DNA of 64,000 bases from Paraspadella gotoi. Its lineage: Eukaryota; Animalia; Chaetognatha. The position numbers and the translations under genes are program-made. How positions within the stretch are numbered: the first letter of the stretch is position 1; each line of letters begins with the position of its first letter. The notes beneath the pieces are model-generated. The model did no database searches and was not told the origin of the DNA. It saw only the letters and a list, made by a program, of their open reading frames with translations. Below are positions 1 through 11,496 of the stretch, one piece after another. Location of the stretch: positions 6,736,251 through 6,800,250 of the forward strand of contig CM119267.1 of NCBI GenBank assembly GCA_051294375.1, given 5' to 3'.

Positions 1-980
1 TCTTTGGCACTATACCTTTTTTTTCTCGACCGGCAAGCAGAAGGAAATCTTTTCTCAATTATTTAACTTTGATTAATTTTACTCTTTTTGTCTCATTTTA
101 TCAATTTTTAATCATTTAATCGCTTTTATCAATTTTTCTTTTTCTTTTATATAGAAAAAAAAACTACCTTATTTAAAAGTCATAATTCCATTATAAAATG
201 ATAACAATTTAAAAAAAACTTTAATGACCTGGTGAGACAAAATATTAAAGTTACCTATTGTCAAATCAAAATTTAATATTTTTTTATTTACTCTGAGAAA
301 AGTGCATTCCCTTTTTCCCTTTAGCCTAGTTCAAACCTATTAAATAAAAATAATTATTAAGAAAAGTGATTTTTTTTAAATTTAAAAAAATTATAACTTT
401 TTAACCGATAATCCTTTTTTAAAAATTCTTTCAGCAAAACAAAGGCAATTATTTATTTATTCAATTCGCCATAATTTTTTTTACCAAATATTTCACGAAC
501 ATTGTTAAAAATATCATTTTTTAAAAATTTTATCAAAAATTTCCCAAAACAATAGGTTTTAAAAAAATTTTCCTTAGTAAAAAACTAACTTAATTTATAA
601 TGCAAGGTATGTAACATAGTCAATTTTTTCCACTCTACAAGATAGTTTAGGTTTCGTCCCTCTAGCAATAAAGCTTTTAAAGATATTTAGCAAAAAGTCC
701 ATTTTTTACCTTTTTTTTTCAATTTTTTCAAAGTTGGCAGCATTTACTGTAAATTTTTTTTTGAAAAAAAATGTTCAAAAAATTCATATGATGTATGGGC
801 ACCTTTTACACAATACTCGTTTTTTGATTTCAAAACTTTTCATATATGGCAAGGTCTAATACGTATGTACAGTTAATGAAAACGAAAGAACAACAAGACA
901 TAAATGGATTATAGACTGATAGGTAAGGGGAAAATTAATAATCGAACATAACTAGTTCGTCACGAGATTCGATGCATCGC

Positions 981-1115
981 TTTTTAGTTGCGCTGCCTAT
1001 AAGTCACTTTTCGGTCCGTCGGCCCATCGGTCCGTCGGTATGTCTGTCCGTCGGTCTGTCCTACTTACGTTAAAAACGCTTATAACTTGCCTATAGTTTG
1101 TTGCTCATTTGTTAA
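981..1115 (+). mobile_element. HINE (Helentron-associated/DINE-1-like) element, 5' partial copy
   Basis: tttttagttgcgc...tataagtcacttttcggtcc, then a GTCY-type microsatellite, then ...ctcatttgttaa; aligns by eye to the copy at 50844. Confidence 0.7.
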
Positions 1116-1327
1116 AAATCAATTTTAAGCGACTACTGGCGCCGCCTTTTGTTTTGTTACCTGACCAAATAATTCAAATAAAATTTTGCCAGAAGCAATC
1201 AAAATAGTTTCATGAACGAACGTACAAACCAATAACTCATCTTGAATTCTTGATCTATTTTCGCCTTCCAGAAGACCTTTTGTCTAATCAACGATGAAAC
1301 TCCTTTTTCTCCCCCCTCCGCTTCAAG

Positions 1328-1447
1328 GACCGCGGCGCTGCAAACGGTGGTTCATCACTTTCAACAAAAGGGAGTGCATCACTCCCAACAAATTCGAAGG
1401 GCAAATTTTTAGTCAAGACGAAACTGCGATCAGCGCCGTTTATGCGA
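1328..1447 (+). CDS. CTHRC1: CTHRC1-like gene, internal coding exon (C-terminal globular domain); upstream exons lie outside the window
   Basis: Acceptor ...ctcccccctccgcttcaAG at 1326-1327 and donor GTAAGT at 1448; 120 nt, phase 1 to phase 1. Translation (G)PRRCKRWFITFNKRECITPNKFEGQIFSQDETAISAVYA resembles vertebrate CTHRC1 [28 protein letters not shown] (recalled). Confidence 0.85.
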
Positions 1448-1453
1448 GTAAGT

Positions 1454-1502
<49 letters not shown>

Positions 1503-2011
1503 TATAGTTGTTGTTTTTGTGGTCCAAGGTTTGATCAGCGCCCGTAATTAACTTTCGATTTATCAATCAATCGCTCGCTCGAGTTTAATCGAATTTATTT
1601 CCGAGAAATCGAGAAAACGCGACAGGTGAACCCGGATGTAGACAGGAATCTCTTTTTTTAAAAGCCCCGGGGACGAATCCCACTGTAGCCGATTGCTTAT
1701 TAAAAAAAAAAGATAGGGGGAATTTTTTTTCTTTTATGAATTACGACTGATGAGTCATGATGGTTGCAACGACGGGAGACGAACAAAACAAAACAATTTC
1801 CCTCGTTTCATCTCTGTAGTTAACCGTAAATCAAAAAAATTATTTAAAGTTTATCCATAAAAATAATAAATGGATAAATAAAAATAATGAACTCAGCCGC
1901 GAAAAGCTGTTTAGATCTTTTAGATTTTATGGCTGCAGATGTTATCTCCATTAAATCTCTTCTTATTTACTGACGATAATTCCATAAAACGATTATTTCC
2001 TCGGTCTATCG

Positions 2012-2065
<54 letters not shown>

Positions 2066-2598
2066 TTTTCATGCTCCTCGTTATCAGCCTCATAATTTGT
2101 TTCTTTCCTCTCCATCAGCCCAACCCATAAATCTTTCCATCGTCATTTTTGTTCGTCAAAATCCTTAATTTCCCACCCGATATTTTTTTCATTCTTCTCT
2201 TGTTTTCTTTTTGACTCCCCCACCTACCCCCCTCCGCTTTCCTACTTCCCTTTCTCCTTCGACTTTTAATTCCATATTCCTATTTCTCACTCTCTTTTGT
2301 TTTTTATCCTTTTTGATCACGGAATCTAAATTAAATTTTTCTAGGACATATACTAATATCCATCTAGTTCTTTCCCTTAATCCCTTTTTTCCCTTCTCCA
2401 ATTCGCTTCCTTCTTCTTCTTTCCTCCCTTCCCTCTTTTCTCTAATGTTTACCTTCCCTTATCTTATTTTCCTTATTTTCTCTAAAGCTCGGCCCTTTCT
2501 CTCGCCTTACCTTCTCAGTCATTCCCAGTTTTCCTTATCTCTGCTTTCCAAAACTTACTTTCCACCTTCTCTTTTCCAAGACTTAACTTAAGACTGTC

Positions 2599-2660
2599 TT
2601 TACCATTTACCATTTACCATTTACCATTTACCATTTACCATTTACTGTCTTTACCATTTT
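2599..2660. repeat. heptamer tandem repeat (TTTACCA)n in the CTHRC1-like intron
   Basis: About 6-7 consecutive units. Confidence 0.85.
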
Positions 2661-2898
2661 CTCTGGTAAGAATTCCCTGCGACGATTCTAAGGAATATAT
2701 GCAAATTGGAAAACGAAAATGCAGTTTTTATTGTGGTTTTTCATAAAAAAAACGTATCTACGGTATATACATGAAAAATTAATCTATATGTTCATTACAC
2801 AATTTACTATTCTTCTACTTCCCCATCCCATATACCCCCATCTTCCTTTCCACCTCCCCACCTCCCTCCAACCACCTAACCCACCCACCATCTTCTAG

Positions 2899-3375
2899 TC
2901 GAAGGCCTCTGCGGTTTCCTTCCCGCGGGAACTCTCTCCATCGACGTTCGAGTCGGTCGCTGCTCCGATTTTCCGTTCATCCAATCCGACGCCCCCTCCT
3001 CTTCCTCTTCCTCCTCCACCCCGCCGCCGCCGTTCAAACTCTCCCGCCTCGCCAATCCGCCGCCCGTTGCTTCGACTCCGCAGCCGCCGCAGCCCGTCCG
3101 CGGATCGAGTCTCCTCAAATCGGTCGTCATGAACTCGGAATCTTCTTCTTCTTCTTCTTCGTCGTCCTCGAGCGGCGGACGACCGCCTCCGGAGCCGGAG
3201 CCGGTCCGCTATTCCGTCTTCAACCAGCGCAAGTTGGCCAAGAGCTACGACGTCTTGGGCTCGCCCGTCTACGACGACAGTCATTGGGCCGTCGGCGGCG
3301 GCGGCGTCGCCGCGGGCGTCGGCGGCGTCGGCAGAGTCGCTGTCGCCGCCTTCGACTACGATTTCGTCGACGGCG

Positions 3376-3409
<34 letters not shown>

Positions 3410-3602
3410 AACTTTGAACAATTTCGATTACTTGACGTCGATGACGACGACGACGTCGACGAGGCGAAAGGGAGGAAGAGGACGAGGAAGAGGAAGAGGA
3501 AGGTGGGAGGTGGAGGAGGCGGGAGAGGACGACAGGGTGGAATGGAGCGTGGCGTCGAGGTTGGTCGTGGAGGAGATTTGCGAGGGAGACGTGCAACTTT
3601 GA
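2899..3602 (+). CDS. CTHRC1: CTHRC1-like gene, terminal coding exon with large low-complexity insertion
   Basis: Acceptor ccatcttctAG at 2897-2898, phase 1, matching the previous exon. Reads (I)EGLCGFLPAGTLSIDVRVGRCSDFP...EWSVASRLVVEEICEGDVQL* (TGA 3600-3602), matching CTHRC1 [26 protein letters not shown]...GWNSVSRIIIEELPK at both ends. In frame with ORF 3129..3602. Confidence 0.85.
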
Positions 3603-3792
3603 AAAGGCGGAGGAAAAGTGGAGGAAGAAAGGAAAGAAGAAGAGGATGAAGTGTCGTCGACGAAGGAGGAAGGAGCTCTTGAGAGAAAAGGACGTAAAGA
3701 AGCCTCGAATGAACAAAACAATCTTTACGACCAAAGCGACACTTTACTCCTTCAGTTTTTTTTTTTTTTTTTTTTAAAGAGGCTCCGACGAA

Positions 3793-3798
3793 AATAAA
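3793..3798 (+). terminator. candidate polyadenylation signal of the CTHRC1-like gene
   Basis: AATAAA about 190 nt after the stop codon, a second AATAAA near 3820, then T-rich tracts. Confidence 0.3.
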
Positions 3799-6700
3799 AC
3801 TCGTCAAACACGCGAGAATAATAAACTCCTCTTTTTCCAAGACTTTTTTTTTTCTTTTTTCAAAAGTTGACTGAAAAACGAAAATTGTTGGAAAACAAAA
3901 GTTTTGTAACTTTTTTTTAAAAAAAAGTTTTTTTCATACGGAATCAAATCAAATTTGAGCCGGATATCAAAATTTTAATCATTTATTCCCTGTTCAATTG
4001 TCTGATTTTTTGGGACAAAATGTACCAGTAAAAATTAAACTAAAAATGGATTGAGATGCTAAGTTTCCCCCCACTTCCCCCCACTTCCCCCCCCCCGGAC
4101 TCAAAGTTGTCTTTATACTCTCTGTGGAGTTTTCAAATTAATTTTTTTTTAACTTGCGATGTACAGAAGGATATTTACTATCGATATTTTTCTCTCTTTC
4201 TCTCTAATAGGGTGTTAATTATTATTAATTATTATCATTTCTCTCTCTCTCTCTCTCTTTCTTTTTTTTGCGTCTTCGCGAAAGTAATTTTGGTTGAAAT
4301 AATACATACATATTTAAGCGGTTGGACGATAATCATGTGACTAGTCTAAAATTGCCCGGAAATAAAAAAAAGGTTGGTTTGTATTCATTTACCACCGAGT
4401 CGTTTATGTATGTTATTTATTATTGGTATTCGTTTTACTAACTTCTATCGAACGCGAAATATTTCTCTGAAAAGCCTAACAAAAAAAGGAGCTTTAATCA
4501 AAATACAAAATGGCGTCGTTCTTTGACCCAATTTTGATCTGTTATGTAAAACATTTATTCTGGTAAACATAAATAAATTCTTACATTTGTTTTGGTTTTG
4601 GGGCAGGTTTCCTTATTTCTTTTGGAAGAAAAATGAAGTCTAGTGAAAAACTTATCTTTAAAACTGTCAGCTAGAAATATACGCTCGCCCTGGCTTCTGC
4701 ATCTTCTGCAATATCCGAATTTAAGTGGATGAGTGGATTAGTGCGCCTGATTACAATGTTTTCTTTCAATTTAACTCAATGTGTTGAAGGAAAACTTTGT
4801 ATTAGACGTAAATCCTACCTTAGCTTCTGTATGCAAAAAAATGATCATTTTGAAATTCGTTTAACCAATATAAAATTATCAATTCAGTCAATAAATAAGC
4901 TATCTTTCTCTTGATTTTGTGTATATCCACATTGTCATTGCACAATCATGCAGTTGTGAAAAGATCTTTTGTTTTTCAACTTTACAAAGGTCCGACATCT
5001 ACCGGGTCGCCAACAAACGTTTTCGTCTTCGAGTGTTCTTTGCTCAACTCTCGTTGAATTTCTATTTCCATTGAGTTTAACGGCAAAACTAAAAGAAGAA
5101 TAATTTATAATTTATAAATAACACAGATGGTATGTATAACTGTATATCTATCTACGCCGCCTGCTCGGAACAATGAAAGGTAAAACGTGAGATAGCAAAT
5201 AAGCGTCCTCTGTCCACCGTACACTGACAACGACTTCATGAAAACAAGACCAGGAAGACAAAAAAGTTTAGCAACATGCCAAGTCATGTCACTCCCTGCG
5301 TAACAGCGGTAACTTACCCGAGTACACCCCGGTCATCTTTATTTCTACCGCCCCAGAAATTAACCCCCCCAGCCACCCCCCCCCAAAAAAAAAACCCATA
5401 TCAAAACGATACAAACGATTCTGTTTTAACCCGCCCCCTTCTTCAAAATCATATATCTCCTTGGAAACATTGAAACAAAAATCTTCTTCCTTTTTCCCTC
5501 TCCACCCCTTCTCTTCCCTGTCTTCCTCCTCCTCCTCCTCCCCCCTTTTTTTATCCGCTACTCGACGATCACCATAACCGTTTGTTGTTTGCATTTCGAC
5601 CCTCGAGGTCAACTTCCAATTTCAAAACCACATATGGCGCCATATTTGTTCCATAAAATCTGAATCAGGGAGCTTAATGGTTCGAGATAAAAAGAATGGA
5701 GAAATTTGGGGGGCGGGTCACGTCGGGGGAAAAAAAAAGGGGTGGGGTGATGGGGGTATAGTAAGGGGTTTTTATAAAAGGGTTGGGGGTGGGACCGGGT
5801 GCACTTGTTTCTTTAAGGGGAGGCTTCGTTGATTGGAAAAAACGAGGGTTAAATTTTGACCATTTTAGTACTATTAAAATCTCGGAAATTTTTTCACTTT
5901 TTTAAGTTAAGACTTTAGAATGTTTGATGTAAATGATGTCATTTTTTTATTTCTATTTTTTATTTCTATTTCTCAAACCTTTAAATATTTATCTATAATT
6001 ATAATATTTACTTTTATAGTGACTTATCTTACATTATAAAACAACCTACTGGACGAGCCCAAGCTTCTGTCCATCAAGCCGTTATAAATTATCCCCCCCC
6101 CCCAATTGTCCACAGTCCACTTACCCCAAAAAATATAACGTTTATAAATTTTGACAAACCGCTTAAATATTTGGGTCTGGAGGTCTCGAAGTCAAGAGAT
6201 CAGAATGTCAAGATTTCTGCAATCGTGAAACGATGGAATGGGGTCATCGCCGTTCATGACGTCTGGAGTTGGACAATCGGAGAGCGTGAAGGTCGTTGAC
6301 GGGTTAGAAAGGCTGTTGAGGAAAGAGGTTTTTGCTGGTGCTGTTGCTGTGGCTCAAACGGATTGGATTCCTCGGATGAGCTCGACCGGGCGTGTCTGGA
6401 CGAGGGAGTTGATAAGACAACGGAGTCCGCGGGGAGAAGAAGGTTTTGTTGCAGATTAAAAGAGACGAGGGAAATTTCGAAGGTTATCATTTTTTTTTTG
6501 GTTTTTACATTTTTTAAAACTGGTTTTTTTTCTGTTTTTTTATTTTCTGTTTTTGAAAGAACGAAAATGTTTTTATTGTTTTTGAATGTCAGACTTAACA
6601 AGTTTAAGAGGGTTTTACAACTAAACACGAGTTATCTCTACATTTACGTCGAATTAAGTTTCTAAACTTTTTTTTGACAGATTGATATTAGTCGTGATGA

Positions 6701-6809
6701 AATAACGGAGAACTTCTTTTATTCGAGACAAATTCGGTTGACCGACGAGGCGAGTTCCCCACCCTCCCCCCCATTACTCCGCCTCCTGTTTTATCTCTAG
6801 AAACTCTGA

Positions 6810-7058
6810 TTTTTAGCCGCGCCGCGATTACTCGCGGTGCAACTCTGTAAATAATTTTTCGGTCGGTCGGTCTGGCTGTCTCTAGCTATTTTACATTTTA
6901 AATGCGTACAACTCAGGTAATACTGTATCATTTTGATTAAACCTTGGTAGTAAGGTGAGGCATTATGTAATGCATTATGTCCGACGCTTGGGCAGTCACA
7001 TGATCTATTTAAGAAAGAATCTGCGGCGCAATACCTTGAACTTTGCCGGGTCTTCCTT
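6810..7058 (+). mobile_element. HINE element, diverged full-length copy
   Basis: 5' T-run plus hairpin ccgcgattactcgcgg/tgcaact, (GGTC)n microsatellite, 3' subterminal repeat ctgcggcgcaa at 7021, then a pyrimidine end. Confidence 0.65.
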
Positions 7059-7924
7059 CCCTTCTGATTTGTCAATCCACTCCCCAGGTCAACTCCCCCC
7101 TCCAATTCTACCACCCTACAATCCCTACATCCACCTTTTCTGTTTTTTTTATCATCCTCTGTTTTGCCATTCGGTCTGTGTTTACTTTCAAAGTGGATTG
7201 GGAGAGATGAAAAAGAAAAACAAAGGGATAAAGAGAATGGGTTAGAGGATGGGGGCCAGGGAGAATAACAGAGACAGAGAACGAGACAAAGATAGAGAGA
7301 GAGAGAAGGAAGAGTAAGAATAACAAGAGAGATCGTGAGAGCGAGACATCGTGGGCGCCAAATGTAACTGAACCGGTCTGTTGACAGAAAATGGAATTCT
7401 TCTGTTTCGACGTCGGGGGATTTTGACTTCCCATCTGTTTTTTTTTTTATTTCGTCTCTAAACAATTTTTTTCTATCTTCTGTAAATCTTTCCCACGACG
7501 AAAATTTTTTCCCCTCAGGCTCAACCTTTAATCTTTCCTACGCAGAGTTTCCCTCCTCTCTTTTTTCCTAAATATTTCTCATCTTACAAACGTCTCCCTC
7601 TTTTGTCAATCGCTAGAATTTTTACTAAATTTGATTTATTCTTCTGCAATAAATAATTCAAACAGTACAACATGCAAGCATGTATCGGAATTCTGTCTTT
7701 TGTTCTTTATAGTTTTAGAATTTTCTGAAAGCGGCGATAGCCGTCGCTTAAATTTGATGATTTTTCTCTTCTTGTCATGTCTAATAGTCATGTCATGTCA
7801 TGTAGTCATGTGATCACAGGGAAATACTCGTTAAATACTCATTTAATCTTCCACTTTTTTAAATTTTGTTTTCCTCCCTTTTTTCTCTAAAATTTCCTCA
7901 GTCTCTGTTTTACAAATGCACAAT

Positions 7925-8023
<99 letters not shown>

Positions 8024-8321
8024 GAATTCCCCTCATCTCCTTCGCGATTGAAGGAATCGTTAAGGATTCCAGGTTTTATGCAAATGGTGAGATTAGCTTC
8101 GGAGGAGCAGCAGGTGACAGGCGAGAGCCGTCGTGGAGACGACGACGACGAAGACGACGACGACAAAGGCGACGACGATTTCCGTAATAATGACGAAAAT
8201 GACGACGACGACGCCGATGCTGACGTTGATGGTTTCGTCAATGACAATGACGACGACGAAGATGACAACGACCTGTATAACGACGATGACGATGACGTCG
8301 ATTAAAACGAAAAACGAAAAC

Positions 8322-8400
8322 GAGATGGCGCACGTCTCGCTCGCTGACAGCCGGAGTGACTGCGATGGTCTAGGTCAGGGGTTCGAATCTGAGAACCGAC
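8322..8400 (+). mobile_element. possible tRNA-derived SINE head
   Basis: A-box-like TGGCGCA near 8325 and B-box GGTTCGAATC near 8380; no cloverleaf. Confidence 0.3.
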
Positions 8401-9221
8401 TCTCTCTTTTTTTTTCTTATTTCTTGGATGAAGATGAAGGAGAAAGATGAGGAAAATATGAAGATGAATGAGGAGGAGTAGAATGAAGAGGAGCAGCAGG
8501 AGTGACGAGGAAGAAGAAGAAAAGTAGTGAGAAGGATGCTTATAGAAAATAGTGCAATCGGCTATATTTTCCAAATGTGCCTCCTTTCATCTTTTAAATT
8601 TTGAATTAATTAAGATTAGATTAGGGATAAGGGATGGGATAAACATTCATTCCTCCCTCCAATTATTCTCTCTTTCTCTCGTTCATTTTACGCGTCGTTG
8701 TTTTTCCGACTTTTTCATCTTTTGCTTTCTTGTGTTCGAGAATTCGCTTTACGGAGGCTGAGATTATGAATAAATACTTAGACGACGATGACGACGACGA
8801 TAACGACGGAGATGATGACGACGACGACGACGAAGGAAAAAAAATTGCGTGTTTGATTAAAACAAGCGATTAAAACCATAAGAATAAATATTAACAAATA
8901 TTATCCACCAGAATAAGTTCAAAAGAATTTGCTTGCAGCGTGTTTTGAAATGGACTCCGACAATGACAAAGCTTGTAACAACAACAACAATGACGACGAC
9001 GACGACGACGTCGCAGGTCTACGTAATCTTTGATTATGACATCTTTTACGTCTGCGGTGATGAAAATAAATTCTTTGATTACGACATCCACGACGACGAC
9101 GACGACGACGAAGCACTTTCCTTTTCTCCGACTGCCCCCTTCTATAATCCAAGACCCTTCCCTCTCACCGAACAGCATAATTTCGAAAGAAAGGCGTAAG
9201 TCTTAATTGCAGCTCGTAGAT

Positions 9222-9330
<109 letters not shown>

Positions 9331-9720
9331 ATAACCTGGGCTGCGGTTCTTTTTTATTGTCTGTCTGGAAGAAGGAAACCCAGCGTCGGAGCGAGATGAT
9401 TGTCGTGGGGAGCGTAGGCGGGGTAGGGAGTGGGGCGTGTGAGGCAGGGCGAGGTGAGGGAAGGAGTGACAGAGGCTGTGAAGGAAAGGTAATTATCTTT
9501 AGGGTAAGGCGAGTAAGCGGGTAAGGATCGTGGGAGTTGGCGAAAGAAAAAAAAAGGAAAATAAATCTCAGGCAATATTTCTGGGAAAAGACGTCGTTTG
9601 GGAATCGTGTGATTTTCATTCCTCTACGCTCGGGGTGACTCGAGCGAAAGTAGTGGGGGGGCTTTATTAAGAATTTGGCCGGATTTTCTATAAACGACCC
9701 ATTAGAGGTTGAATTTGGAC

Positions 9721-9758
9721 TCTCTTCGGAGGCGTGGGTTCGAATCCCACCGCTGCCA
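9721..9758 (+). pseudogene. 3' half of a tRNA-Leu (AAG/TAG type); 5' half absent
   Basis: TCTCTTCGGAGGCGTGGGTTCGAATCCCACCGCTGCCA comprises the variable arm, T-arm and 3' acceptor strand, matching the animal tRNA-Leu sequence as I recall it. Upstream sequence has no D-arm, anticodon arm or 5' acceptor strand. Confidence 0.8.
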
Positions 9759-10886
9759 CCTCATTTAAGGAAAAACTCATGGATTTCTATGGTTTAAATC
9801 GAAGATGAGATTTATTCTGAGAATAAAGGTGAGGGTGAGACAAACGCAGGAGTCTTGTTAAATGCTACTGAAACTAAGACAAACTAAGTCTCTTTATAAC
9901 TCGGTGGTAATGGTAAGTTTGACAGATCCAATGATTCTGCAAGCTGATTGGTCGATTCTGGTTCCGACTTGACCAACGACTTGACCAATGACCAATCAGG
10001 ATTTGGCGATTCTATTTCCTGGTGGCTTGATACTCCTGCGATGATAGTTTAAATTAGATTAAGTTAAGATTAGGTTAAGGTAAAATTACTTTGAGGTTAA
10101 TACGAGCTAAAGAGTTAAGAATCGAGTTTCGGTTTGGGAATTGGTTAGAGTTTTGGTTAGGAAATAAGGTTAGAGATTAGGGTTTTGGGATATAAGATAA
10201 GGTTAGAGATTAGGATTAGGGATTAAAAATTCAAATTAAGGATTATGATTGTGGTTATAATTATATATTAGGGTTAAGGTTTAAAAGAAACTGGTTAGAT
10301 CTGGTTAGATCTTGAAGTAAAAATAAAATACTGCGATGAGGAACAAAAACGGGGAACTTTTGGTGAATAGTGCCAAGAATTTCATAGTAATTAATAATAA
10401 TGATTAAATACTGGAGGAGAAATAGAAGGGTTGATAAGTGGATATGAATCGTTCGTCGTAACGAGTGACTTTCCGTTTTTGAGCGAGCGAAGTTCGAGAT
10501 TATTGGAATCGTTTGGATTGGCAAAGAGACCGGAGAAAAAAAGTCGACATTCATAAAGTTTCCCAGAGTCGAGGGTGCGACCGTGACAGGCGCAACCTAG
10601 TGGACGTGGGTATCCGTGGGTATCCGTCATATTTGACTTTAAAAAACCTTTCAACTTTTTTTAAAACATTAAACACTCCCTTAAGGCTTAATTTCCTAAA
10701 ATGATTTAGCTAAATATTCTTATTTAAAAAAAAAGAAACCTCACATTTAAAAACCTTTCCCTCTCTAGCATCCAGCTCAGAATCCCGACAGTAAACAATC
10801 TTTGAAATAAACAAATAAGCTTTTCAACTTTCGCCTTCTTTTCTTTGATAGAACAACAACAACATTAGACGGCGTCTCTTTTATTC

Positions 10887-10923
<37 letters not shown>

Positions 10924-11051
10924 TCTCTCTCTCTCTCTCTCGTCTCTCTCTCTTCTCTCTGTTCCCATCGCGTTTCTCCGCTCGCGCGCGCGTGATTCCC
11001 GCCCGTCGCCCACATGAAAGATTTCTCTGAGCGCGTTCTTCACTCTTTCGT

Positions 11052-11139
<88 letters not shown>

Positions 11140-11295
11140 TTTCGACCGCGGTGATTCGTCGTCGTCTTTCCTCGTGAGAAAAACCTGGAAAAACGGGAAA
11201 TTTACGTGACTGTCCTTTTTGGGAAGGATTCTTTCCTTCTCTCTCTCTTCTTCTCTCTCTCTCTCTCTCGGCTCTCTCTCTCTCTCTCTCTCTCG

Positions 11296-11327
<32 letters not shown>

Positions 11328-11496
11328 CTTCCGGTTGAAGGAAAAGTGGAAAAAGAAAAACGACCTGGGAGATGTTTTGCTTTTTTTCTCCTTCTCGCTT
11401 TTTTCGCCGCTTCCTTTGCTTGCTTTTTCGCCGCCGCTGCCTGCTAATAGATTTTTTTTTCTCCGCCATTTTTTCTCCTGAGTTTTTTTACGTGGC

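Noticed and set aside
1745-1790. CTGATGAGTC...GACGAAC hammerhead-like motif (also CTGATGAAGACC at 24534)
   Set aside because: GAAA core or stems I/III missing; cannot fold a complete hammerhead.
2895-3734. 279-aa minus-strand ORF and other frames overlapping the CTHRC1-like exon
   Set aside because: Antisense or alternate-frame shadows of a GC-rich, trinucleotide-repeat coding exon; no independent domain signal.
6238-6480. Short open frames on both strands in a GC-balanced island
   Set aside because: No recognisable domain and no convincing pair of splice sites.
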